Positions 1-12,946 are shown, counted from the stretch's first letter. The stretch: 64,000 nt of DNA from Phoronis australis (GCA_002633005.1 NMRA01000758.1:100032-164031); one strand, 5' to 3'. Made by a program: numbers and translations. The notes: a model not told the origin generated them from the sequence alone.

Positions 1-989
1 TAAAGCATTTTAAACAAGCGTTGCGAACTTTTGACCTCTTGTTTCTTACACAGCAAAATGCAGCCTATCTGTAAACAATGAATGTGAGTCACTATTTCAT
101 TAAAGGTCAAACTTGTACATCTTTGCACTAGTTGTCGCTGTTTACTGTGCAGGTGAATTACCCTCTTTTTCGCAAACTTCTGGTAAGAAATTGGGGTGAA
201 TTTCTAAGTTACACCACATTTCAAAAAATTTCCCAGTGCTCGGAGCCTCTGTATCACTTGGTCGTGTTAGGTTCTGCTTGTTGTGTATTGATAAACTACT
301 TTTTCCGCTTACTTCTGATTCTATTTCATGCAATGACGACATTGAGTGAGGCACCGTGGTCAATATAAGACAAACTTAGCATCATGGAGTCGCAGAGACT
401 CAAACATAAACATCCACAACACAAAATCATCTAAAATAGTTTTTCAAACAATTATTTTGCTTAGTTATCAAGCCTTAGCACACTAGAGTCGAATTAGCTC
501 TAACAAGGTCAGCACATCGCTGGACGATACTGTTACTTTGTAATTACTTGGCGAAATTCTTCGAATTCCGACAAGTATGTTGCTCTGACGTCAAGTATTT
601 TTTTTGTTGGCACTCTACAGTTCGCAATTTTCATCCGACTCGCATGAAATTCACACACGACGTGTAGATCTGGAAGTCCTGGGAGCCTATTGTTTATGGT
701 CATTATCGGATTCATTCGGTTACAGTTTCAGATCCAAAAGTTCATAGAGGCCGCATTTTTCAACGTAGAGAGCTGAAACGTGGTACGATTATTACAGAAC
801 ATAAGTACTACAACTGCGTAAATCGTTGACTTCCGGTCAAAGATGGCGGAAATATCGACCATAGCGCATGCACACCTCAATATCTGGCCAAAAATGTTTT
901 CTCCTGTAGAGGGCGCATTGGTGAACCAATCATTTTCAATCTCGTCACCTGTTTGTTTCGTTTTGTAAATTTAATTATCAGACTAATGT

Positions 990-1121
990 CAAGGCTTGGA
1001 AAAAGCTGCTATAGTAATGATAAGTTTTAATCGCCATTTGGCGACACACTGGAATATATAATCATCATTTCTGTATTGGCTGTCGCCAATGGCAATGAAA
1101 AATGGGACTTTTCAAGCACTG
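990..1121. mobile_element. Short hAT-like MITE relic
   Basis: ends caaggcttggaaaa / ttttcaagcactg resemble the 29733 TIR; internal tcgccattggcga-type motifs. Confidence 0.4.
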
Positions 1122-1580
1122 ATTAGTAATATGCTTTGCCTGGTTTCCCTCTAAATTTTTGCTATAACTTTGACAAAGCCTGGCGAATTACGATGAAATT
1201 TGTAAAGTTGTTTTCAAAACTGCTGTTTGTAGTATAAAAGTGCATCAATACATCCAGTTTTCAGAGCCCCAAATAACTGCAACTTCAAGACAGAAACAAG
1301 TTTGAGACAGTTCAACATGTCAAAAATACTGCATGTAAAAAAGCTTTATCCCAGAGTAGAACCGAGGAAAAATATATTGAAGTGGAGAGTTAACCTGAAC
1401 TACATCAGCACTTGAATCACTTGTTAAGACGGACACAAAATTAAAAACATAACAAGATTGATCTGCAATAATAGCGACAGACTAGTTTGAGTCCCAGATG
1501 TGCGGCACCGTTTCATTTTAAAGAACAAAGATATGATGTATAAAAAGAGATATAACTCTGACGTGGTGTAACACATATAG

Positions 1581-1859
1581 GTGTCCAGCACAGCAGTAGA
1601 TGTCATGACTCCAACTCTATACCCCTTGACATACGATGTGATGATGGCTACATGCTGCAGATAGTGAAAGTACTGCATGGTTACAATACACGTCATGACT
1701 GCACGTTCCGGCCTGGGGACTGTGAGAACATGCAGCGCCAGCGTTACGACTGTGTGGGCACGCAGCGATGTGCATTGAACGAAACACGGGATGCGGTCTG
1801 GATACCACGGTGCAGGAAGAAGAGTAACTTTGTTCAAGTCGACTACAACTGCATAAAAG
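1581..1859 (+). CDS. Nested receptor exon: 8-Cys SUEL/rhamnose-binding-lectin-like domain
   Basis: tag|GVQHSSRCHDSNSIPLDIRCDDGYMLQIVKVLHGY..C.....C.......CVGTQRC...PRCRKKSNFVQVDYNCIK g|gtaaga; Cys spacing and terminal VxYxC resemble the SUEL fold. Confidence 0.7.
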
Positions 1860-4800
1860 GTAAGACTTATTTACTAAAGAATATATAAAATGGATAAGGA
1901 CCCTCGTATGCCTGAAAACATCTAGAAAGTTGTGCACTAATTACAATAAAGGTAATACTTATGAAAACCTGACATGCCCTGAGACATTGTCTAGTTTGGT
2001 ATTCATTCTTGAATTACGTACTGCCTGTTCAATGCAGAGCAAGACTTGCCCTGAATTGCATAGACAGTGTTCACCCTTCTGGTAGTTAAATATCGTTATA
2101 TCTGCACTTCCACATCATACACACATACACGCTGAAACAAACAATCCGCTTATTTTAAATATATTTTATTATCTAAAAATGCAAACCATAAGGCATAATA
2201 AACAGACATAGAACAAGAAATATGAAGTATCAGAGAGTTAGCACCAGATTTAAAGAAGAATGCCACCCAAAAAACAACCTATTTTGTATCGATTTAGATC
2301 GAGTAGTTCCACTCGATAACAGCAAGTTAAGTTCCTTTACCTGACCCCTGACGGCAGACGGAGGTGTTGAAATTAACAAATGATATCAGAGGTTTGAACG
2401 CAGTCTGTTCAGCAATTCACAGCACGCTAACTGGTGTCAGCTTATCATTTGAATTCATCATTTCACATCAATAAATCATCAAAATTCGATTAAAAACCTT
2501 ACAAACATATCCATTTCTTGAACAAATGTGCTGTTTAATTTCGCTGTTACGGATTTATAGACATTTGAACGTACCTTAGCCTACAAAGTTTGTAAGTAGA
2601 CCAATTTACCAAGGGCAGTCGTGGGAGTTTGGGGTCTATTCGATGATAAACTCGAATCATTCTTCCGTGAAATACAGACTCGCGATTTTTCAGTTCTAAA
2701 CACACAAAACACTGGTTATTCCGGCCAGTGGCTCAGAACCCAATCAAGCGGTGTCGCGGCCAGATTAAAAACACTACAGCCAAAGTTGGAAACTAAACTT
2801 CCAATCACAAAAAGACTATACCAGTGAGCCAAAGAAATAATGTGCACGTGACTATTTTGTTGAATTAGTCGCAGAACTGCAAATCTACTTACTCCTCGGG
2901 GGCTGCGACTTAAAGTCAGGTTCCCCAACCGTCACGGCAAAAGTTGTACAGTAATAATGATTCGAATAATGCATACTTTTATGTATATCTAAATCGAGAC
3001 TCCCAAAACATCTGACCAGGATATACAAAAAATCGAGTTAGCAGTTTTCTGCTAGCAAAAACTGAATAAGCATGCACTCACACGTCTTCAGTGCCCGATC
3101 AATTAGCTTTATTGCATCTAAAGCCGGCAACGCAGTGATTTATTCATTGCTGGCTTCTCAAAACATTTGCACTCACGAACACTCAACTTCAAAGGTAATA
3201 CAAATTGTTTCTAATGAGACAGACTTTGTTTCAGTTTTATCAAGCATTGGTTTAAGTGAGAATAATTCATTTTGAAACAGAACACAAAATAATGAACGTC
3301 AACATGGCAACATGCAATCCCGACTTAGACGAGTGCTCACCCAAGGAAGACTTCACAGGTTGATCGTTAGGTTTAATAGGCTATCAGTTCAAATCGGATT
3401 ACACTGATCAAGAAATACAAGAGAGCCACTGTGAATTGCGTGCACACTGACAATGGAACACGTGGACTGAGTTCCAAAACCATTTGAATGACTTGTCATG
3501 GTGTCATTGCGCTAACTGCGCGATAATGAAAACGACTGACACTTGCGTTTGCTGCGACGAAATTCCGCAAGTGAAACGCCTTCTTGGAGAAGCGCAAAAG
3601 TGTCTCACGTACGATCCCAATTTTGCACCGCATCTAAACAGAGGTGTGCTCATGACGTTTTTTAGGGTTGGGAAAAAACTGGCAAAAACATCCTACACCC
3701 AGTGGAACAAACAGAAGCCTGATGAACGAGGTATATAAAACAATATGTTCTCATGCCTTGAATTAATTGTAATTCATTCATTTTATGTTTTCATGGCCAA
3801 CAACGCCATAATCAAAAACTGACCAACAACTGATCTGCGTTTCTTTGTCTCCTGCCTGCCCGGCGAACGCAAACACACTAAATTAATTGGCAAAGCAGCT
3901 GATTTCAGCCTCAGTCTCATTTTCTGCCCTGGCATGAGTTATTTCACAAGCCGACATTCGTCAGCGAAATCATAGACTATTAATAACGAATATCTATGGT
4001 GAAATCACTGTCGACGAAATGCTGGCCACAGACACGGAGATGTTTCACTGCCTCATACTTGGTATTAACGGCCTACTTTTCATTCTTCACTACCACGAGC
4101 CACTTCCGAAGCATTACGGGCTCTAGAGGAAATTGAAAAAAAATGATATAACCACTTTGCTCACAGCTTCACAGTTCGCACAAGAGGGAACAATACACCA
4201 CACCACAACGGCACTCACTCTGTAGAAGAACCACTGACGTCGCTGCATCGTTTCTCACATTCCTCAAAGGTTAAAGGTAACCTTTTTGCATGTCATTTTT
4301 AACAAAAATAAGGTTCGTTGATTATCCCAGACATATTTTTCATTTAATTACGGCTTTTTGTAATTTAAACAATTACTCATCCTTTACTCAGAAAGTGACG
4401 TTTTGGGAGGCAAGTATTTCGCGCCAATTTCTTTTCATATAGTCCGACTGTGAGAGCTGCCGAGTCAATCATTGTTCTTACTTCTGTTGGGATTATTTCG
4501 GTGGTCGTTTGCTTTTGTTTACGAGTCAGTCAATATGACACACATAATATCGAGCGTATAAGAGGTAATGTGGATATAGACAGATTAAGACGGTAAAAAG
4601 ACTAATTAAATCAGGAGGCATTCTCCTTTAAATTAAATAAGAAATCTCCCATTACGGACTGGCCTCTCAATACGAGGCATTTTAACAGCAGAACAGAAAT
4701 TCTCCCAAATGCCAGCGCAAAATGGCTGACAGCTGTTGTATATTTTCTTTCCAGTTGGCTGTTAATGTAGCCTTGATAACCAGAAAATCTATACAAATAA

Positions 4801-7800
4801 CATTTTGAAAAGCCTGCCAGGTGTACACATGCTCAACCAAGTGATTACCTCAACAGTAACTTCAGATCACTGAGCACTGACTCTGTATACATGATCTTTC
4901 AGTACCCTACACATGTTCTGGGGCCCCTTAGCTGATACTATCAAAAGGTGCTGGGCCTTCTTATTTTTCTTTCATACAAGTCAGTGACATATACATCGAT
5001 TTCTAAATTCTGTACAACATGAAGTGAGTGAAAGAACAGACAAGTCAAATTCATTAGACACCGTCAGCATGTCTTGGCATTTTAATGGTGACAGCTTATT
5101 TGTTCAACATACAATGACCACTTCCTGAAACACCACAACTCTGCAATATCTGATCACTCTAAAGTTCTACACTGCTGCTGTGTTTACTCCTACTTTGCAT
5201 TAATATGAGCAAGCCATTTGTCACAATAAAGTTTTTCTGTTGCCAAGTCAGTTGCCAAAGATATCAAAAAAGTTGAGTGATGTGTAATGAACGAATCAGT
5301 CAACTCCTCTCACAGGTCATGCTGCCATATTTTTTGTAAACTAGAGCAACCAAACAAAGTGCAAAAGAGGACAGTTGATGAAGGAATCAGATCTCTTTTA
5401 AAATGTAAGAATTGAAAATGTTTGCTACAAGTAATAAGACACTCGACCATTTCACAGCACCTTGCACTACTGTTGGTCAATAAATTTGCACAATAACCAC
5501 AGGAACACTGAAGATCCTATTGTATGTAGTAGGCCAAATACCACATTTATAGCTCTGACTTGGCAGATATAAAACATTGGCTAGAATAAATTAGAATATT
5601 GTGGACTAAAACTGGTGATTGTCCAAAATATTTGACTTCTGAAACTGAATTCCTCGACCTCAAGTTAGTCAAGGATCACCTTTAGCTGAAGAGATGCAAT
5701 AAAGAATGAACACATTAGATGCATTACGTTTAAGTTCTTTGGTTCCCAATGTTGAGACAGCATCCATTAGGTACCCATTGTTGAGACAGTATCGGATTTG
5801 GTACTAATTGAGACAGTATCCACTTGGTATCTATTGATGAGACAGTATTCATTTGGTACCCATTGATGAGACAATATCCATTTGGTACCCATTGTTGAGA
5901 CAGTATCGGCATTTGGTACGCATTGTTGAGACAATATCCATTTGGTATTTATTGATGAGACAGTATTCATTTGGTACCCATTGATGAGACAATATCCATT
6001 TGGTACTCATTGTTCAGACAGTATCCACTTGGTTTTAGCAGAGAGTAATGTAGTCCTAGGTTTTAGAAATTCTTTGAACCATGGCAGATAATTGACCTTC
6101 AAGTCCTTATGCCAGACAGTAAAAACCACATGAAGGCATAACTGAGGAATTATTAGGTTGTTATCTGGACCTTTTTGTCTCAATTTAGAAACCTTTGTCA
6201 TTTGTAGTAGAAACCAAACAGTAGCTTCTAGCATTGTTCCAGCACAAACACAAGTTATTTCAAAATTTGACAAACCTATCCCGATCAGACTGTTCTCCTC
6301 AACTTAAAGACTGAAAGTCTAGCTAAGCATATAAATTTATTTGAAAATCTCTGAAGGAGGGTCCCTCACACTGGTAGGATGGGAGAAACTCCAGTTCTGC
6401 CCAGGGAAGGTACTGAGAGATGAGAGATACTTAGTAGACAAACAGTCACACCCAGCTGGCTTTGAGATTGATCATCATGACTCATTCACACTGTCAGACT
6501 TAGATGAATACATTGTTTATGACCTTAATTCCCTTAAAATTTATATAGAAACCTAGAAAAATGAGCAAATTTGGTTAAATTCTGAACAAAATATCTCAAA
6601 AATGACTTGTCGGGTTGATATAAAACTTTGAGATAACATGCACTGTTCTTCACAACATTGTTAGGAATTGTTTTTGAAATTTTCACTATTCCACAAATGG
6701 CTAACAAAAATAATGAGTTTCAAAATTTGCATACAAGAAAATAGCGTTTTTGAGATGTCATCTTGTACATCTATATCAAACACCCTATCCTCAAGTTATT
6801 CTCAGATAACGTTGTACTGCAATCAATGTACCTCTCTTCCTGACGAATTTTTACTAAAAACACAAAAGGTCACGCGACCAAATTAATGGCAGATTGGTAT
6901 GAAGGTAAAAATCAACTTGTACAGACTTTAGGCTCTCAGAAATATGAACATTTAAATCTACAGCTTTGTAGATATTGGGCTCAATACAAAGACATGTCAA
7001 TAAGGGTCTAGGCACTGTAGCCTGCCTCATTAGGATTAACACACTTCTGAGGCAAGGTGGAGAAGTCAAGAATGATTAATCATGACTCATGTTTTCAAAC
7101 ATTTTTATCCCTACATTGCAGTTCATATGTAACAGCAACCACATCAAAACGGCAATGACATTAATTTTAATGAAAAATAGTGATCTGTGCAGCAGGTGTT
7201 TTAAACTAAGGGGAAAGCACCCTACTGACCACCAGCATTGTGGGTTAAAACCATAGAATAAGAGATGGCGCTAGAGTTGCATTTTAGCGTTATGACATAG
7301 CAACACAAAAACAGTAAAAACAGCAACTACAACATAGCAGTAGACAAGTATGTATGTAAATGCCAATAATGATCTAGTACTTCTAAGTCCTGTCCACACA
7401 CAGCCTACCCTAGCACATATTGAACTAGTGTAAGTTACCCCACACGCACACACACACACGCGCACACTTACACACACACATCTGATAACTAGGATAAGGC
7501 AGAAGTTGTCCCTCTGTGCGTGACAATGAACAGCTAAATGTGAATATAGGGTGCACAAGAAGACCAGTCTGTATGTAACAACAGCTAATACATGCTTCTG
7601 CCTTGCCCCAGGTTTGCAGTCACACAGTGATTAGAAGTGGTGCAAGTTACCCTAGAAAAAGTTACCGTATCTCAATAAGGTGAAGTAAGTTGTTTCAAGT
7701 GCGATAAGTTGCACTAGTTTAAATAGCGTTCACATAGCCACCAAACCTAGCGACAACTTGTTCCCACAGCCACCAAATCTAGCGACAACTTGTTCCAAAA

Positions 7801-10800
7801 GTAACTTGTTCTAGGGTAAGTATACCACTTAAGTCTTAAGCAGGGTAAGGCTGAGTGATCTGCTATATGCTCAACAAATGTCACGGTATTTAAATTTAAT
7901 CTTGTCATGTCCAACAAGAACCATGTCATGATGCCTTGAATTAATGACTTTAATTTAAACACAGCAATCAAGAGCAGCCAATGGATCGATTCATCACTCA
8001 TTCTTTTCTAAGCAGAAACACAGAAAAGCTTCTCCTTTAAAATCAAATTTTCTCTGGCATTGAATGCTCGAAGTCTATTACCAGCAAATGCCATGAGGCT
8101 GCATTATTTGGTTCTGCTCTATGCGCACATCGTATTTGAAGCTGCGCATAACTACTTAAAAAGCACATGCCCGCCTAACTTTTACCATTTTATTCAAAAG
8201 CCTCACAAATGTATTCCCGTTACTGTTTAAGGCAGTGACCTGGCAACTCTGTAATATTACGCTAAATACAGACTTGTTGATAAAGTTCTACATGACTTAG
8301 AGAGACCTTTGAAAATTTTCAGTTTTGTCCAACTTGAGAACATCATAACTCAGCACTGATTCATGTGAAACTTCCATTTATTATGCTCTATGCACTGTTC
8401 TCAAAAATGCCTTTAGGAATTGTTTTGAAATGTTCCATTTTCACACGAGAGACTGTCAAAAAATAGGATTCATATGAATTCTGTGAAAAAATTTACAGTT
8501 GCTTAAAACGAAAACTGAACATTATTGTGACTTTATTTTGAAGATTTATATTATATGAAATTTGGTCTTGTTATTCATCTTGATGTTTTGCTATGAAGTT
8601 ATGATTGTAACTTCCTATTTTCTTAAATTTTACTACAAACTTGATCCCTTGTACCTATTAATAGCAGACTGATATGAAGTAAACAGTCAAATTCTACGAA
8701 ATCTCTGCTTTCAGAAAATATATACTTTTGCTTTGTTACTATAGTATAGTTTGGTAACAAACTTCGTTGAAAATATGACTTAACTTTCTGTTTGAAAGCT
8801 TGAAACAATCTTTCTTCAGGTGTGCAGCTATGTAGTAAAACACCGAGAGACATAACAAACAAACAAATTAAAACACTAGCTATATTTCGAGACTTCATGT
8901 CTCATCATCAGGCAATAAGTTGTGGGCTTCCTACCATTGCCTGATGATGAGACATGTAGTCTCGAAATATAGCTAGTGTTTTAATCTGTTTGTTTGTTAT
9001 GTCTCTCGGTGTTTTACTACATAGCTGCACACCTGAAGAAAGGAGGCTGTTCCTATAATACAAGTGAATCAGTATCAAGCTTTCAAACAAAAGGTTTAGT
9101 TGTGTTTTCAACAAATTCTATAACTAAAACTGTACAGACTTGTCACTAAAGCCCTACATAACCTTATGTGGGCCAGTCACTGTTCTATTTCATCTTCATT
9201 CTTTTCTACACAGAGAGATGAAACAAAAAGATGACTCAATCAATAGACTAGCAAGGTTCAACTTATTGAAACTGCTGGGGAAATTCAATTACTAGCCGTT
9301 TGTATGCTGTGATGGTGTTATCACAGAAAACTAATAACATAGAGCAAGAGAAAACAAGCTGAATAGACAAGTGTTCACTTTCCCACGGCAAAAAAATGGA
9401 TGATGGCAAATCAGCTCAGTCCATGTAAATGTGGTCTTGTTCTAATGAAGGTGAAATGAAATGGAACAGTGTGAAAAAGATGTCTCTGTTATAAGCCCTT
9501 TCCTTATGATAACCAATATTTTAAAACACACTCGGCAATTATTAAGCAAAATCTAAATTGCCAATGGCAAATATGTTTGCTGGGTGGCAGAAACTTTACC
9601 TGCAAATGCAATCAATGAACTGAACTCAGTCCATAATGCAATCAAGGAAAATTAGGAATGCAAACTTCCTGTACAGAAATCTATGAGAGGTTTCCATGCC
9701 AATACTTTTTAAAGATGACACGGCATGAGTTGTGGGTACAGTTATATTATGGGAGTCAAACCATTCAGAGCAGAATATAGCAGTGTAGATATGCTGTCTT
9801 AAGTAACCAGAGATTTATCTGTTAAATGTCAATAGCATAACACAGCTTTAATCATTTAGTGCACAATACATGATCTGCGTATTAGTCTTTTATATAGAGA
9901 CATATTTATTTGAAACAATTGTGTTCCATATTGTTATACATACGCATGAAAAAAATGTTGCTGCATACATGATCGGCCAGGTCCCTGTGTGAGGTACGCA
10001 TAGGAAGTTATTTTCAGCGGAGTCACGTAGGGTAGCGTACTGTTGTGAAGGCATTACCTACAGTACCATGGTGTTGCATAGATTTGCATACGTTTGTGTT
10101 GAAGTGCATAACAACAGTGCACTTTCTCCGTTCCATCTAATCACTGACCATATCATTACAGCCAGCTTGGTGCATAACATCTGTGACAACACCAGTACAC
10201 CACTGACAGACCAGCAAGGATTCATCGCATCACCCAACTACCCCAACAACTACCCACCATCTCTCAAATGTCACCTCAAGGTACAAGTTGACCAGGGTCA
10301 AACGTTAGAGTTCCATGTCATAGACTTAGACCTGCTTGACTCTAAATTTCGTGACTGTCTGATGATGAATGACCATATCAGCAGTCATACCTGGTGTAAC
10401 AGATTCGCAAACGAAAAGGTATTTCAGTCGAGGAGTAACAAAGCAAGTATCAGGTTCACCACCAATGACCAACAGCAAAGTAAAGGCTTCTGGATGTATT
10501 ATAAAGGTAAGTAGGTCCAATACACCTAGACATGTCCATATTGTCGTGTGAAAGAGCCAACCAAAGTTTAACCAAAAAAGTGATACTGGGAGTCATTGTG
10601 CAAATCTCTATAAGATGGCCAACAATCACATTATTTATATAAAGATTGTCAGGGTTGAGTAATCTAACTGTTGGTCTGTTTGAAAACGGGAATTTCTGAA
10701 AGAGAATCCACTGCAGGTTTCAGAAAAGCAACTAACACTATTCATAACTGAAACATTTTTTACAAAAATTATATCGATGGGGAGGAATTAATAGTGCTCC

Positions 10801-12725
10801 AACATCAAATATCAGATCCAAGCGTAGACTGAAATACAACTATTCTCATTTCCAGGAAATGTCAGAGCACATAGTATGCTGACATACACCCACTACCACA
10901 AAAGTGTCATTGGACATTTGACAAGCATTGGCATTCAAACATAGTGACCAATAGACTGGATTATTTACATAAGGAGTAGCCACTCACTAATACTAATGAA
11001 GGACTAATTAGTGCTGACTAAATGTCAATAGTTGTTAACTTGAGGCTAATGAGTCAACAAAGACTAGGTCATGTAACACCAACAAGTCAATAGGTATGTA
11101 CCTATACCAGATACAACAACACTCACTTAGCCTTCAAATCAATAAACAACACCATATAAACTTGCGTAAGGTAAACACATGCAGCCAATAACCCCCACCA
11201 GCCTAGCCAGGTCCTGGAAGGGACCTCACGTGCCTGCCACTAAGTTAAGTACAATGTATTGATTTCTCCGTTTTATGACGTAGGCTTGTACTTGACACAT
11301 CTAAAAGTCCTTTATCATTCGCTACTTGCACACTTTGGAGGCGCTGCAAAAATGATTGTTGTTTAGGCACAACGCCTCATTTTAGCAATTTTAACAATAC
11401 AAACATGAAAGTATGCAGGTTCCAAACATGCAGAACCATTGTAGCTGGGACATAACACCTCGTTTTCAAGTACAATGGCGAATTCGTGCAAGTAGTGAAT
11501 ACGGTTAACTCCGCTACTTTCAAAGCTTCGATGTTAACTATAGTTAACCGAGAAGTTATGAGTTAGTATTCCCATCATCTTCCCAGTTGTTGAGAAAACT
11601 AGTTCAACATAGATATAAAATATACAAAAAATACATATAAACATATATTTTATGATAAATAAATTTTTTGCGCGTATCAAGTCAGTACCACATTCTCAAA
11701 CCTGAATTCCAAAGCGTGTGAGGGTTGGTTCTCCTAATAGAATACAAGCATGTAAGGCTTGGACAAAAAGTTGACAATCTTTGCAACCACGACAAGTTTG
11801 TTTTGTACATCAATGAGTTTCAAGTTGATTTAGTAACTTCCACTCACGGTATTAATGATAAAAACAGAGGTTTGAAATGATGTTGTCAATGACAAAGATA
11901 AATCACTAATGCTAATCGTTGCTTACATGTAGAAATTCAAAACTAAAAAATGGATGAAATCAGTGTACTTTAGAATTCAGAGTGACTCTGAAAATTCAAG
12001 GAGTTTGATCAAACATTCAGTACTGCTATTTTCAGCCAGTCCACCAAGACGAGGTAGAAACCAGAACACCACACCATTTATACGGACAACTCCAGCCCAA
12101 ACAACTACAGGAGGCATTGTAAGAGTGCCCACATTCACAACCAATGAAGTTCCCCCAACAACGACAACCACGCAAACAGTGACGGACAGAAAAACAGAGA
12201 CAGAGTCAGAAACAAAAAAGAGTCAAAAGAAAAATGTATCCAACAGCTCACAAAACAAGCAACATGGATCTAATGAGACATCAGACACATTGCCAATAGG
12301 TAAGCATATATTCATGGATTGTTGGTTGAAATGAATGTAGTTAATAATGGGTTAAAAAACACCAACTTGTTCCAACAGACTTAAAGGGTGTCTTTGACAA
12401 GCGAACACTCAGTAATCTGCTGTCAGTCAGTTCGTGAAAGACTAACACTGTGTAAGTTGGCTGCTGTCATTTTTTATTCTCTCTTATATTGGAAGTGCTA
12501 AGTTATCGTTAACATTAAGCCAGATGAACTAATATATATCTGCTACTTATCCTCCAATAATACATCTAGGTTAATCAGCAACGCTTCATTTCAGGAACAA
12601 TAATTGGTGCCGTACTTGGAAGTCTTGTGCTCATAATGGCCATATTAGTGGCTTTGCTTGTCGTAAGGAGATTGAGAGAAAAGCGGCAGAAACAATCAGA
12701 CTCCCTTCACATGATCTTCACATGA
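1581..12725 (+). CDS. Uncharacterised type I membrane protein: SUEL/Gal-lectin-like domain + CUB + Thr-rich stalk + TM + short tail (5' exon(s) not found)
   Basis: Four exons (1581-1859, 10162-10506, 12036-12299, 12595-12725) joined by phase-1 GT-AG introns in one open frame ending TGA 12723-12725. Confidence 0.8.
3304..3738 (+). pseudogene. KolX / P2X7 C-terminal (ballast)-like Cys-rich remnant
   Basis: GYQFKSDYTDQE followed by WCHCANCAIM...CVCCDEIP...KCLTYDPNF..LN..VL; frame disrupted. Confidence 0.7.
3885..4206 (-). pseudogene. THAP zinc-finger remnant
   Basis: VVWCIVPSCANC...(frameshift in T-run) FQFPLEPVMLRKW...HLRVCGQHFVDSDF...RLKSAALP; C2CH plus AVP-box-like motif, with stops. Confidence 0.7.
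5742..6032. repeat. Minisatellite, ~29-33-bp unit, ~9 copies
   Basis: unit ttgagacagtatccatttggtacccattg(a/t)tg. Confidence 0.9.
7441..7479. repeat. (CA)n microsatellite, imperfect
   Basis: cacacgcacacacacacacgcgcacacttacacacacaca. Confidence 0.8.
7635..7830. mobile_element. MITE with ~30-bp imperfect TIRs
   Basis: aagtggtgcaagttaccctagaaaaagttac vs reverse complement aagtggtatacttaccctagaacaagttac; internal 32-bp duplication. Confidence 0.55.
8874..8917 (-). ncRNA. Minimal type I hammerhead ribozyme motif (mirror copy)
   Basis: reverse strand tattgc CTGATGA t GAGAC atgaa GTCTC GAAA tata gctagtg. Confidence 0.55.
8935..8978 (+). ncRNA. Minimal type I hammerhead ribozyme motif
   Basis: cattgc CTGATGA t GAGAC atgta GTCTC GAAA tata gctagtg: core boxes, perfect 5-bp stem II, palindromic ATAT in place of stem III, bulged stem I. 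Confidence 0.6.
10162..10506 (+). CDS. Nested receptor exon: CUB domain
   Basis: HNICD...GFIASPNYPNNYPPSLKC...CRD-like FRDCL...WC...IRFTTND...KGFWMYYK; cag acceptor, g|gtaagt donor. Confidence 0.92.
12036..12299 (+). CDS. Nested receptor exon: Thr/Pro-rich mucin-like stalk
   Basis: ttttcag|..SPPRRGRNQNTTPF...PPTTTTTQT...TLPI g|gtaagc, phase 1 to 1. Confidence 0.8.
12595..12725 (+). CDS. Nested receptor last coding exon: TM helix and 19-aa tail
   Basis: tttcag|GTIIGAVLGSLVLIMAILVALLVV RRLREKRQKQSDSLHMIFT*; hydrophobic helix followed by basic stop-transfer residues. Confidence 0.85.
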
Positions 12726-12946
12726 GTGTGTAATGATCAACAAATAACAACAACAGATTTTCAACCAGAGCGAGCACGTCGCAGCCACTGAAAAAGTTCA
12801 TGTGAACTTCAAATGAGTGTATACTGACCTAGTAATAACAAACGATCTTCTACCTGACTGTGCACAGCACATTCACTAAAGAAAGTTCATGCCATCTTCA
12901 TGCAATTGAGAAGAATGGGAGATAACCACTAGCAGAGCCACAACAT

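Larger units (their letters stand above)
2254..4627. mobile_element. Kolobok-superfamily DNA transposon, decayed/internally deleted
   Basis: TTAA on both flanks (2250-2253, 4628-4631); TIRs AGAAGAATGCCACC vs AGGAGAATGCCTCC (reverse complement of right end); contains THAP and KolX-like remnants. Confidence 0.75.
8789..9089. mobile_element. Penelope-like element terminal repeat in inverted (foldback) arrangement
   Basis: 107-bp arms 8810-8916 and 8936-9042 with 2 mismatches and 19-nt spacer; extra 15-bp outer arms 8789-8803 and 9075-9089; each arm carries a hammerhead core. Confidence 0.65.

Noticed and set aside
4611-4796. Minus-strand ORF with tag acceptor as a possible next ASCC3 exon
   Set aside because: RFSGYQGYINSQLERK does not resemble the expected SYYxL...VNKFLS Sec63-2 entry.
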